This document shows positions 20,701 through 27,943 of a stretch of 45,409 nt of DNA, one piece after another. Under the pieces are notes generated by a model. The model was not told where the DNA came from. It was given only the letters and a program-made list of their open reading frames with translations, and did no database searches. Every line of letters begins with the position of its first letter. Position 1 is the stretch's first letter. The translations under genes were made by a program, and so were the position numbers. The DNA is from Prevotellaceae bacterium (GTDB lineage: Bacteria; Bacteroidota; Bacteroidia; Bacteroidales; UBA932): assembly GCA_031290835.1 (NCBI GenBank), contig JAISLN010000302.1, positions 1 to 45,409 of the forward strand. The letters run 5' to 3'.

Positions 20701-21455
20701 GGTTCGCTCAACGCCGTTTCGATATTCAACGTACGCGCCATCATAAAGCGGTCGCCGCCAAACCCGAAGGTCGGCGCGTCGGCCGGCGCGGGTTTATAGT
20801 CGTAGCTAAAAATTACGGGGGAAGGCGCCGGCTCCGGTTTCGGGGCGTTGGCGGGCGGCGGCGGGAAGCTGAAAAAGCCGCGCCTAAACGGGTTTTCCGT
20901 ACCGGCATAACCGCTGCCTTTGTCCCGCTTCAGCACATCCCAGCTTATTCCGTCGTGCGAGCCGTAGAGGGTGATTTCATACCCACCGGCTTTCTTCTCA
21001 TCCGCAATCACGCTTCCGCGCAGCACAATCCTGCTGGCGGGAACGGACATATTGCTCAAGTCCAGCTGAAGGAAAATATCGCTTCCCGGGATGATGTATT
21101 TCGAATCGCTTTTACCGTCAAAGAGCCACTCCCGCTCGTTCTTTTGCAAGTCGCCGTTGGTAGTAAACACGCGGATAGAAGCCGGCGCACCGGTAGCGAT
21201 AATACCGTCGGTAACCAGCTGCGCCGTCAGGTTGTAGTCGTAGCTCGACGAGTGGTAAGCGCTCTTTAGCGCGGCCACATTACGGTATGTATTATCTGTT
21301 ACCAGCTCCGGCGCAAAGTTCTCGGCGGGATTGCCGGGGTAAAGCCCGACGCCCCGCGAATAGTCCGCCGACGAATCACAACCGGCCAACAGCCCTCCTG
21401 CGGCCGTCAATGCAATAAATATTTTAATTTTATCCATCATCTTTTTTTTAACCAT
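17703..21455 (-). CDS. GH2 family glycosidase (beta-mannosidase / exo-glucosaminidase-like) with N-terminal F5/8 type C (discoidin) modules; lipoprotein
   Basis: 1250 aa, lipobox LLAGC. Discoidin-like block WVYLDFGAPASYDKINLHW...RYLRLLL...LSEVQVYG. GH2 sugar-binding block FLNFDGINWKADVFLNGQPVG. Catalytic region IRNWVGQ and YVGRNEGNPP. Confidence 0.75.
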   Translation of the reverse strand: MVKKKMMDKIKIFIALTAAGGLLAGCDSSADYSRGVGLYPGNPAENFAPELVTDNTYRNVAALKSAYHSSSYDYNLTAQLVTDGIIATGAPASIRVFTTNGDLQKNEREWLFDGKSDSKYIIPGSDIFLQLDLSNMSVPASRIVLRGSVIADEKKAGGYEITLYGSHDGISWDVLKRDKGSGYAGTENPFRRGFFSFPPPPANAPKPEPAPSPVIFSYDYKPAPADAPTFGFGGDRFMMARTLNIETALSEPTAYAHYKFAFRMPAATEWAFTEWEFYRGSEVLSALPSYHFTSAWQSATAGEEWVYLDFGAPASYDKINLHWINKAVAGKVQASDDAKSWTDIAELPGSAGKEDAILLDKPVKSRYLRLLLAEAENRQPYILSEVQVYGKGGLTPRAHAALPATASYYNLSGGGWKLQRASLVDASGETLSKPGYEDEEWVMATVPGTVLSSFINIGAVPDPNYADNQLQASESYFLSDFWYRNEFTVSKSVDYAFLNFDGINWKADVFLNGQPVGHIDGGFMRGRFDVSKTLVKGKNAIAVRIIKNAHPGAIKEQTAWSTDRNGGMPGADNPTFHATIGWDWIPTIRGRDIGIWNDVFLTFSGAVTMEDPFVRTQLPLPDTTYANVIVEVTLKNHSAEAVNGTLKGSYGEAAFEQPVSLEANEEKVVQLDAFTTPALHLKNPKLWWPKGYGAPHLYDVALSFDVNGKVSDRTTFKSGVRQMTFDENTYTPSGGMSFGFFGAAEQRRLSLYVNGRRLVGFGGNWGFGESNLSYRGREYDIAVKYHADMNFTMIRNWVGQIGDEEFYEACDRHGIMVWQDFWLANPLDGPDPYYVDMFNATARDYVKRIRNHPSIGIYVGRNEGNPPDEIDGYLRAMIPQEHPGIHYISNSAMGVVSGGGPYRALPPKDYFQSYGHDKLHSERGMPNVMNYESLVQAFGEDGVTPVSTMETPNSLYGLHDYTLGGSPDVSSAQAANSFNEIITLAFGQPKDAKQFAEWAQWINYNGYRAIFEGRSEHRRGMLLWMSHPAWPSMVWQTYDYYFDPTGAYFGCKKASEPIHIQWNPLREDVEVVNYHAFDKQGLTAKAQLINQDGTVQWEKEAPLNIKEDATVACFPLEFPVTLSNTYFIRLSLLENGKEISGNFYWRGKEEGNYQSLHQVPKVQLDEKTTASKTGKTWTVKTTLTNSTTAPALMVRLQVKGSKTGERILPVFYSDNYLFLMPGEEKTITMELANSDTRGEKPVVEVTGFNL

Positions 21456-21554
21456 TTATTTTCTCTCCGGCGCCCTGTGAGACTTTTGTATTGATTTGCG
21501 TAAAATTGCACGTAGCGTTGTTATTCAATTAATTTAATGCGTAAATAATTAGAA

Positions 21555-21562
21555 CAAACATA
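21555..21562 (-). promoter_or_regulatory. Candidate Bacteroidetes -7 promoter box (TAnnTTTG) for the GH2 gene
   Basis: The minus strand reads TATGTTTG about 100 nt upstream of the GH2 ATG, inside the 158-nt GH26-GH2 gap. No well-spaced -33 TTTG was found. A six-specified-base motif can occur by chance. Confidence 0.25.
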
Positions 21563-21613
21563 ATTACACAAAAAAATACAAGAAGCTTCACAGAGTACAC
21601 GAAGAGCGTTTAC

Positions 21614-22795
21614 TTACTTTATTTTTTGAATATCTTTCAGGAACAAATAGCGCGGGTTTTTCTTCATTTCTTTCAAGAGATCTTCGTGCTTGGGCATTTT
21701 GCTCCACTGCTCGTAGGCTGCGCGGGCTTCGGGCGGCATATTTGCCAAATCTTCCGCCGTGGGGGGCGTAAAGCGGAAACCGCCGCGCGGCGGGGCATGG
21801 CGCCAAGTAAGGATATACGAGGATGGACACTTTGCCAAAATTTTTTGTAAGTCCACGCTGATAGGGCCACATTCGCTCAACGCGTGGAGCTTCTTTTTTT
21901 CCGCCGCCAGCTTGGTAGTAAAGGCAAGGGCTTTGTCCACATTCCGGTTAAACTCTTCGCCCTGCCCGTACCAATCAATAGATAGCATGTCGATATACTC
22001 ATCGCCCGGATAGCCTCGCAGGAACTCTTCCGGCGAATACACCTTGTCGGTATTGTAGGCATATAGGATGTTGTGCAGCCCTCTGGCGCGGAGATAATTT
22101 ACCGTGTAGCGCCACAGAGCGGCATACTCTTCGTCGTAGCAGCGGGTTGTTCCCCACCAGAAGAAGCTGCCCGAATGCTCGTGATACGGCCGAAAAACAA
22201 AGGGGATAAGCGTACCCTTATCGTCGCGCCACGAGTGGAAATACTTTGCTAGGCGCTCCAGCCACGAGCTGAACATGGCGTGGTTAGCACCGCCGGGCAG
22301 CACGCTTTTCACGGCGTTCACGCCGTTGGCCGAGAGGAAATTGACCTCCCATGCCGACCCTGCGCCGTTGGGCTCTTTAATACCGGGCCACTGCGAGCTA
22401 AAGGGATTGACGATATGCCAGCTTATCGTGATAACGCCATTTTGCGCATGAAACCATTTTACCTGTTCGGTTATTTCGGCAAACGACACCGAGTCCAGCG
22501 AGCGTTTGCCGCCGAGCTCGAGCTCGCCGAGCTCAAAACCCGCCACGCCCGGATAGTCGCCCACCGCCTCTTTGGTATCCGAGCGGCCGGGGGTGTACCA
22601 CCAGCTGTTGCCGCACATCAGGTCGTCCTGATGCCCGTACATGACGCCCTTGTCCTGTAGCTTTAGCAGGCGGGCAAATAGCTGCTTGGCTTCGGGCGTT
22701 GCTTCGGGGTCGGCTGGTTGCCAGCCCTGCGCAGCCTGCGCCCACAATGCGGCGCTAAAAAGCGCGGCTGTTGCAGAAAGAATAATTTTTTTCAT
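21614..22795 (-). CDS. GH26 endo-beta-1,4-mannanase (secreted)
   Basis: 393 aa with a signal peptide. Motifs: GHQDD, ITISWH, FRPYHEHSGSFFWWG (acid/base Glu motif), DWYGQ, LSECG (nucleophile Glu). Confidence 0.9.
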   Translation of the reverse strand: MKKIILSATAALFSAALWAQAAQGWQPADPEATPEAKQLFARLLKLQDKGVMYGHQDDLMCGNSWWYTPGRSDTKEAVGDYPGVAGFELGELELGGKRSLDSVSFAEITEQVKWFHAQNGVITISWHIVNPFSSQWPGIKEPNGAGSAWEVNFLSANGVNAVKSVLPGGANHAMFSSWLERLAKYFHSWRDDKGTLIPFVFRPYHEHSGSFFWWGTTRCYDEEYAALWRYTVNYLRARGLHNILYAYNTDKVYSPEEFLRGYPGDEYIDMLSIDWYGQGEEFNRNVDKALAFTTKLAAEKKKLHALSECGPISVDLQKILAKCPSSYILTWRHAPPRGGFRFTPPTAEDLANMPPEARAAYEQWSKMPKHEDLLKEMKKNPRYLFLKDIQKIK

Positions 22796-22808
22796 AATCG
22801 TGCGTCGT

Positions 22809-22880
22809 TAATTAATTAATTGTTTGTTTGTTTGTTTAATTTTTTGTTCGTTTAATTGCTTAATTGTTTGTTTATTTGTT
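22809..22880. repeat. T/G-rich low-complexity tract, (TTTG)n/TTAATTG units on the plus strand (CAAA/CAATTAA on the coding strand), immediately upstream of the GH26 start
   Basis: The sequence reads taattaattaattgtttgtttgtttgtttaattttttgttcgtttaattgcttaattgtttgtttatttgtt. Confidence 0.8.
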
Positions 22881-22974
22881 ATAGAAACCTGTTGTACTGA
22901 CGCTCGCGACAATTTGAATTGAAAATCGACGTAGCCAAAAGCACCCCCTATTTTCCATATCCTTTGATTTTTTT

Positions 22975-24699
22975 TTAATTATACTGACCGGCGCTTCTTG
23001 CTTCGGCGCAAAATGTATTAAACTCAAACGTTTGGTCGTGCGTCATGCCGTGGCATGTGCCGCAGTCGTGCATAGTTTTTGTGTTGAAAAGCAAAATACC
23101 CTGTATCCCCTGCGAGCGCATCTCAATCCACGACATAAGATATACTCCATCCCTGATCTTTACATATTTACAGGGGAAGCTGCCCATTACGCCAACTTCC
23201 GAATTTTGAAAAATAGCAAATGAAAACGACTCGGTGCTTGTGTAATAGTGCTGCGAAGCAAGCTCATCGCCGTACTCCCACGTGTAGGAGTGTCCAAGCA
23301 GCTCATCGGTGAACTGATGGCGGCGCTTTGAGGGCGTAATGCCGTCAGCGTTGATAACGCCAAAGAGCCACTGCTGACGGGGAACGCGGGGATTTGCTTC
23401 ATCGTCAAAAGTTGAACGAATACAGGTTACAAGTCCGTTCTTGAGGTCAATAGCATACTGCAAACCATCAATCGGGCAATCACCGTCGGTGGCGTGAGCA
23501 AAAAACACCAGCTGATCGTCCATCTCAAAAGCATCGTACCGCTCCGATTTCCATTCGCCTGCGCCTTCACGAAAACGCATGGTGAAATCTTTGCCTATTT
23601 CGTACTCCCAAGCGGTTTTATCGTCAAAGGTAAGCGTAAATATCCTGTTTTCAAGCAAGGTAGAGTGTTCCAGCATTTTTTTCTCTTTGCCCGGAGTTTC
23701 AAACGCACCTTTCCATGCCTTTGTGTTGAGGGCTACCTCCTTAACTTCCTCAAGCGTCATCGGTTTGGTCAAATCCAACGGACGGTAGAGAAACCGCATC
23801 CCTTTGGTTACCGGCAGCTCAACAGGAACCCTCATAAATTCCGGGGCTGTAGAAAGCATTTTTTGGTTGGAAACGCTAAACGGACCAAATGCGGCAACCT
23901 GTCCGCGAATGGCTCCGGCGTCGGAGTAGAGGTGAGCGATAAATTTGTCCTGCGCATCAAAACCGAGCCGCACGCCGATTTTTTTCAGCGCGTAAAGGTC
24001 GATAACATCAAGCACAAATTCACCGCTAAATTCTACCTCCACACGCGAATAAAGCCAGTGGCGGCTATCGAGCTCGTAGTAATCAGCCGGATAGCAAAAC
24101 GTTTGCAAAGAACCTTTTGGTACTGACGCCGAATAGCTATGCGAACCGAACAGCGTCAGCTCATCAGACCACTGTATCACTTTCCCTGTCAGCCGCTTTG
24201 TGGCTTTGTGGCGATGCCCGGAAACATCGCTGCCTGCAATAAAGCCTGTGGTAATATGGCGTTGAAGCTCGCGCGGCGGAAGCGTCTGGTTAAAAAAGTT
24301 CTCCCCGCAAAGCCATGCTTCAAACACAGTGGCGAGCTGTGTGCGCTCATCAACAACGGCGACAAAGAAAGTAAGCGTACTGCTGTCTTTGCGCCAGACA
24401 TTCAGCGTAATATCGTTTAAGCGCATACATGCTGTACCCTCCGGAACAATCAGCGACGTGCTGTCGTCGAGCTTGAGCGTATAGCCGGGGCTTTTTTCGC
24501 TGTTTGAAAAGGCAAGCGACTCTGCTCCAGCTATGTCCGTTACCTGTTGAGGGGTAAGGTTGGTATATTGAAACATAAAATCGGCCACAACTTCTTCGCG
24601 CAGCAACTTTTTTGGTTCCTCACAGGAGCTTACAAAAGCTCCTGCAACAACAGCGAGCATCACCACCGGCAAAAACATTTTTTTCATGCTATACTTCAT
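22975..24699 (-). CDS. Lipoprotein of unknown function built from about four calycin / MoaF-like beta-barrel modules
   Basis: 574 aa, lipobox FVSSC. Repeated modules begin L.G+..... and resemble one another: GKVIQWSDELTLFGSH.., NRIFTLTFDDKTAWEYEIG.., GHSYTWEYGDELASQHYY... The MoaF-like call rests on pattern memory only. Confidence 0.7.
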   Translation of the reverse strand: MKYSMKKMFLPVVMLAVVAGAFVSSCEEPKKLLREEVVADFMFQYTNLTPQQVTDIAGAESLAFSNSEKSPGYTLKLDDSTSLIVPEGTACMRLNDITLNVWRKDSSTLTFFVAVVDERTQLATVFEAWLCGENFFNQTLPPRELQRHITTGFIAGSDVSGHRHKATKRLTGKVIQWSDELTLFGSHSYSASVPKGSLQTFCYPADYYELDSRHWLYSRVEVEFSGEFVLDVIDLYALKKIGVRLGFDAQDKFIAHLYSDAGAIRGQVAAFGPFSVSNQKMLSTAPEFMRVPVELPVTKGMRFLYRPLDLTKPMTLEEVKEVALNTKAWKGAFETPGKEKKMLEHSTLLENRIFTLTFDDKTAWEYEIGKDFTMRFREGAGEWKSERYDAFEMDDQLVFFAHATDGDCPIDGLQYAIDLKNGLVTCIRSTFDDEANPRVPRQQWLFGVINADGITPSKRRHQFTDELLGHSYTWEYGDELASQHYYTSTESFSFAIFQNSEVGVMGSFPCKYVKIRDGVYLMSWIEMRSQGIQGILLFNTKTMHDCGTCHGMTHDQTFEFNTFCAEARSAGQYN

Positions 24700-24708
24700 T
24701 TAAATTAT

Positions 24709-25683
24709 TTACTCCCAACCGGTGGGCGACATATATCCTGCCATAAAGCCCAGCGCTTCGATTTCGTGAATCTGTCCGCCACGAATTTTGAAAACGTGCG
24801 CGGCGGGCAGGTCAAAGGCAGGCATATCCAACATTTCGCGCGTGGTAACACCGGGCATGCCATAAATCGGGAAAACTTTTTTCAGCATCGAATGGCGGAA
24901 GTGCGAAAATCCGATAGCCAGCCCTGTTGCCGAATCAACAGCAAATACCCTGACATTGTCAATATCATCAATATAGTCCATCATGTTGGTGTTCAGCTGC
25001 TGCGCGGTCTTCAGGGCGCTGTAGTTGGGCCGCTCGTCCGTTGCGCTGTCGGGGATGCCGCTGTTGCTTGCCGGAGAGCCGTTTTCGCGGCGAGCGCAGT
25101 CGTCGGCTATTGGCGACAGGTAGCCGTTGTCCATTACCAGCGCATCGTAGTAAGAATAGGCGATACCCACCATTTCATACCTTTTCATGCGCTGCTTTTC
25201 CGGAACGACGGCAAGAATACCCGGCCGAACGGTTTGCAGATTTTTCATATTCCGCTTATCCAAATATCTGACTACCACGTGTTCAACTTCGTTAATAAAG
25301 CCTTCATCATTGATTTTAAGACGAATGGCTATCATTACGGGCTTGCCTTTTTCTTCCATCATTCCCATAAAACCGACCTCCTTAACTGTAGGGTCGGGGA
25401 CGTAAATCTTGAAAGAGGATGGGGCCGCCGATGCCGTTTGCCAAAGCCCTTCGCCAATGGGTTTGGAATCAACGTTCTCTACAAATCGCGCATTGATGGC
25501 AAACGGCAGCTGACCGGGATCGTGCGCTACGAGCGCCGTAAAATAGCGGTCAACAAGCGCTACCAAACACTGCCTGTCGGTACACTCCAATGGCTCCCGA
25601 GTGGGAACTACAAACGGCGGTTGTGCATTGCTTACGGTAGCGCAGGCAAATAGCAGTAAAAAAATACCGGCTGTCTTTTTCAT
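24709..25683 (-). CDS. Secreted protein of unknown function with two NTF2-like (SnoaL-type) halves
   Basis: The start is taken at MKKTAGIFLLLFACATVSNA (ATG 25683), not at the listed 25719. N-terminal half: LVDRYFTALVAHDP..FVEN..GEGLW...IRLKINDEGFINEVEHVV. C-terminal half: YYDALVMDNG...CARRENG...VFKIRGGQIHEIEAL. The fold call is tentative. Confidence 0.7.
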   Translation of the reverse strand: MKKTAGIFLLLFACATVSNAQPPFVVPTREPLECTDRQCLVALVDRYFTALVAHDPGQLPFAINARFVENVDSKPIGEGLWQTASAAPSSFKIYVPDPTVKEVGFMGMMEEKGKPVMIAIRLKINDEGFINEVEHVVVRYLDKRNMKNLQTVRPGILAVVPEKQRMKRYEMVGIAYSYYDALVMDNGYLSPIADDCARRENGSPASNSGIPDSATDERPNYSALKTAQQLNTNMMDYIDDIDNVRVFAVDSATGLAIGFSHFRHSMLKKVFPIYGMPGVTTREMLDMPAFDLPAAHVFKIRGGQIHEIEALGFMAGYMSPTGWE

Positions 25684-25751
25684 TTTTTTTATGTAATAAT
25701 TGTTTATGCTGTAAGCCATAATTTGCGGCTCTCAAAAAATGTAAACAACGC

Positions 25752-25778
25752 CAGCAAGGGGGGCAAACCCCTTGCTAG
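25752..25778 (-). terminator. Hairpin terminator after the second SusC/SusD/lipoprotein unit
   Basis: CAGCAAGGGG (25752-25761) and CCCCTTGCT (25768-25776) form a 9-bp GC-rich stem with a 6-nt loop. It begins 14 nt downstream of the 25792 stop. On the coding strand it is followed by ..GTTGTTTACATTTTTT. Confidence 0.5.
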
Positions 25779-25791
25779 CGTCGCCGCCATC

Positions 25792-26181
25792 TTACAGCGC
25801 AGGTCGGAACTTAGCTTCGTACACAAAGGTGCGGTTATGCAAATTGCGCACCGAAACATCCACCGGCTCGGTAACGCTTGCCGGCACGGTAATAACTACC
25901 GATGTGGCTGTTTGCGAAACAACCGTACACGTTTGTGTGCCAACTAAAAATCCGCTCTCCGGAAGTACTAAATCCGTACCCAAATTTTCGCCTGTGAGCG
26001 TAATATTCGCTCCCGGCGCCGCCTCAATCGGCGTTACATTGGTAATACGCGATACTTGCCATGGAATATCGTAGTCGGCAGAAAATTCTTTTTCCTCGCT
26101 GCAACCCGCCGTGAACGTTGCTGCTCCGCCCAGAAGGACGATGAACAGGAGGTATTTTTGTATCTTTTTCATATTTTTCAT
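25792..26181 (-). CDS. Small IPT/TIG-like surface lipoprotein (candidate surface glycan-binding protein)
   Basis: 129 aa, lipobox FTAGC. ITNVTPIEAAPGANITLTGENLG...TCTVVSQTATSVVITVPA resembles an IPT/TIG Ig-like fold. It lies directly downstream of SusD. Confidence 0.6.
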   Translation of the reverse strand: MKNMKKIQKYLLFIVLLGGAATFTAGCSEEKEFSADYDIPWQVSRITNVTPIEAAPGANITLTGENLGTDLVLPESGFLVGTQTCTVVSQTATSVVITVPASVTEPVDVSVRNLHNRTFVYEAKFRPAL

Positions 26182-26210
26182 ATTTCTTTCATATTACGAA
26201 TTATACAATT

Positions 26211-27920
26211 TTAATTACCCGGATTAGGGTCAATATTCCAGTAGGTAATCTCCGTTTGGGGAAGAGGAAATACGGGAATATAGCGGTCTGGCGACGTGCC
26301 GGGTACGCTTACCGTATGCTTCAGGCTACTCTTGATAATATTATCCCGTATGCCGGCTATGCGCGCTTCCCCGCCGGGAGGGTTACTTACGCGGTCATCA
26401 TCCTTTACCTTGCCTACGCGGTCAACCAACCGCCCGGTACGAATAAGGTCGTAGGTGCGGAAGTTTTCGCCGGCCAGCTCGAGGCGGCGCTCGTTCCAGA
26501 TGGCTTCGAGCAGCGCCGTGCCGGTTACTGTGCCGTCGAGGTCGGGTACATTCGGCGTAGTAGCCGGGCTAGCCTCAAAGCCCTGGCTGCCTTCCGTGTA
26601 TCCCTTGCAGTAGGACGATTGGCGCGCCCGAGCGCGAATCTCATTTACCCGCGCCCTCGCTTCGCCTTCATTGCCTAGGTAGTAGGCGGCTTCAGCGCGC
26701 ATGAGCAATATGTCGGCATAGCGGATAACGATATACGCTTTGGATGTACCTTGAAGCAGTGCATTTAGTCCGGCTACCGCCACTTTGCGGTTGTAGTAGT
26801 CGGTCATCATCTCCTTAGCTCTATCATAGGGTTCTTTAGCGTTGCCATAGACGATGCCGTCGTTGAAAGTAGGCCCATACACCGTGCAGCTCAGGCGCGG
26901 GTCGGAGGGGTCAAAGGCATTTACCAAATCCTGGTTGGGTTGATTAAATCCCCAGCCAAACCAGCTGCCGCCGCGGAGGCCTTGCACCATCCAATCCATA
27001 AGTACTTTTCCGCTATTGTTCCATCCGTCTTTGCCGGTGTATTCAAACAGCGATTCGAGGCGGTAGCCGCCGTCGGTTTCTTCCTCAAACAGGGTGGCAA
27101 AGTTGGGCGCAAGCTGGTATTGCCCCGATTGAATGATTTCGGTGGTCAGGTCAAACAATTTTTGCCACGTAGCCTCGTAGCCGGCTGCGCTGGGGTCGGT
27201 GCCTATGGCGTATATCATCACGCGGGCCAGCATGCCCTGCGCCGAGCCTTTGGAGGCGCGCCCCAAATCTTGGGGCAGGTAGTCGCTCTTGGGCGGCAGC
27301 AAGGTGGCGGCCAGCTTAAATTCTTCCACAATAAACCGGAGCGTTTCGCTGAACGAGGCGCGCGGTATCTCCCCAAAGTCTTCGGCTTTTACCGGTTCGC
27401 GGAAAATGGGCATACCGCCGTAGTGCCGCAGCAGGTAGAAGTACCAGTAGGCGCGGAAAAAATGGGCTTCGCCCTGCATGCGCTGCTTTACCTTGTCGCT
27501 GACAGGCGAATTCTCCAGGTTGTATAGCACATAGTTGGCGCGCGAAACGCCCCAAAAGCCGTTCATGTAGAAATTCCTCACAAACGTATTAGTGGTGTTG
27601 ACCTGGTACTGGCAAACCATTTGCAAATCGGGATAGTCTGACGGACTACTTCCCTTTTCGGCGTCGTCGGAGGCAACATTGCCCAAGTAAAATTCGTAGT
27701 GGTTGTCAATCCATACGCCGTCGGGGCCGCCGCCGGAGGTAAACGACAGCATCTCGTATAAGGCGATAACTGCCTTTTCGGCGTTTTCCTCATCGCTCAG
27801 GTACGCCGAGCTCGGCTCTTTGCCTTGCGGCGTTACCTCATCAAGGAAATCATTGCATCCTGCAGCCATAAATAGCATCAGCAGAATAACGGTAATTCTA
27901 CATGTTATAATCTTTTTCAT
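26211..27920 (-). CDS. SusD/RagB-family outer-membrane glycan-binding lipoprotein (pair B)
   Basis: 569 aa, lipobox MAAGCNDFLDE. RagB/SusD features: AHFFRAYWYFYLLRHYGGMPI, IRYADILLMRAEA, ERRLELAGENFRTYDLIR. Confidence 0.9.
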   Translation of the reverse strand: MKKIITCRITVILLMLFMAAGCNDFLDEVTPQGKEPSSAYLSDEENAEKAVIALYEMLSFTSGGGPDGVWIDNHYEFYLGNVASDDAEKGSSPSDYPDLQMVCQYQVNTTNTFVRNFYMNGFWGVSRANYVLYNLENSPVSDKVKQRMQGEAHFFRAYWYFYLLRHYGGMPIFREPVKAEDFGEIPRASFSETLRFIVEEFKLAATLLPPKSDYLPQDLGRASKGSAQGMLARVMIYAIGTDPSAAGYEATWQKLFDLTTEIIQSGQYQLAPNFATLFEEETDGGYRLESLFEYTGKDGWNNSGKVLMDWMVQGLRGGSWFGWGFNQPNQDLVNAFDPSDPRLSCTVYGPTFNDGIVYGNAKEPYDRAKEMMTDYYNRKVAVAGLNALLQGTSKAYIVIRYADILLMRAEAAYYLGNEGEARARVNEIRARARQSSYCKGYTEGSQGFEASPATTPNVPDLDGTVTGTALLEAIWNERRLELAGENFRTYDLIRTGRLVDRVGKVKDDDRVSNPPGGEARIAGIRDNIIKSSLKHTVSVPGTSPDRYIPVFPLPQTEITYWNIDPNPGN

Positions 27921-27943
27921 AATTGCATTTATGTTTTAAAAGT

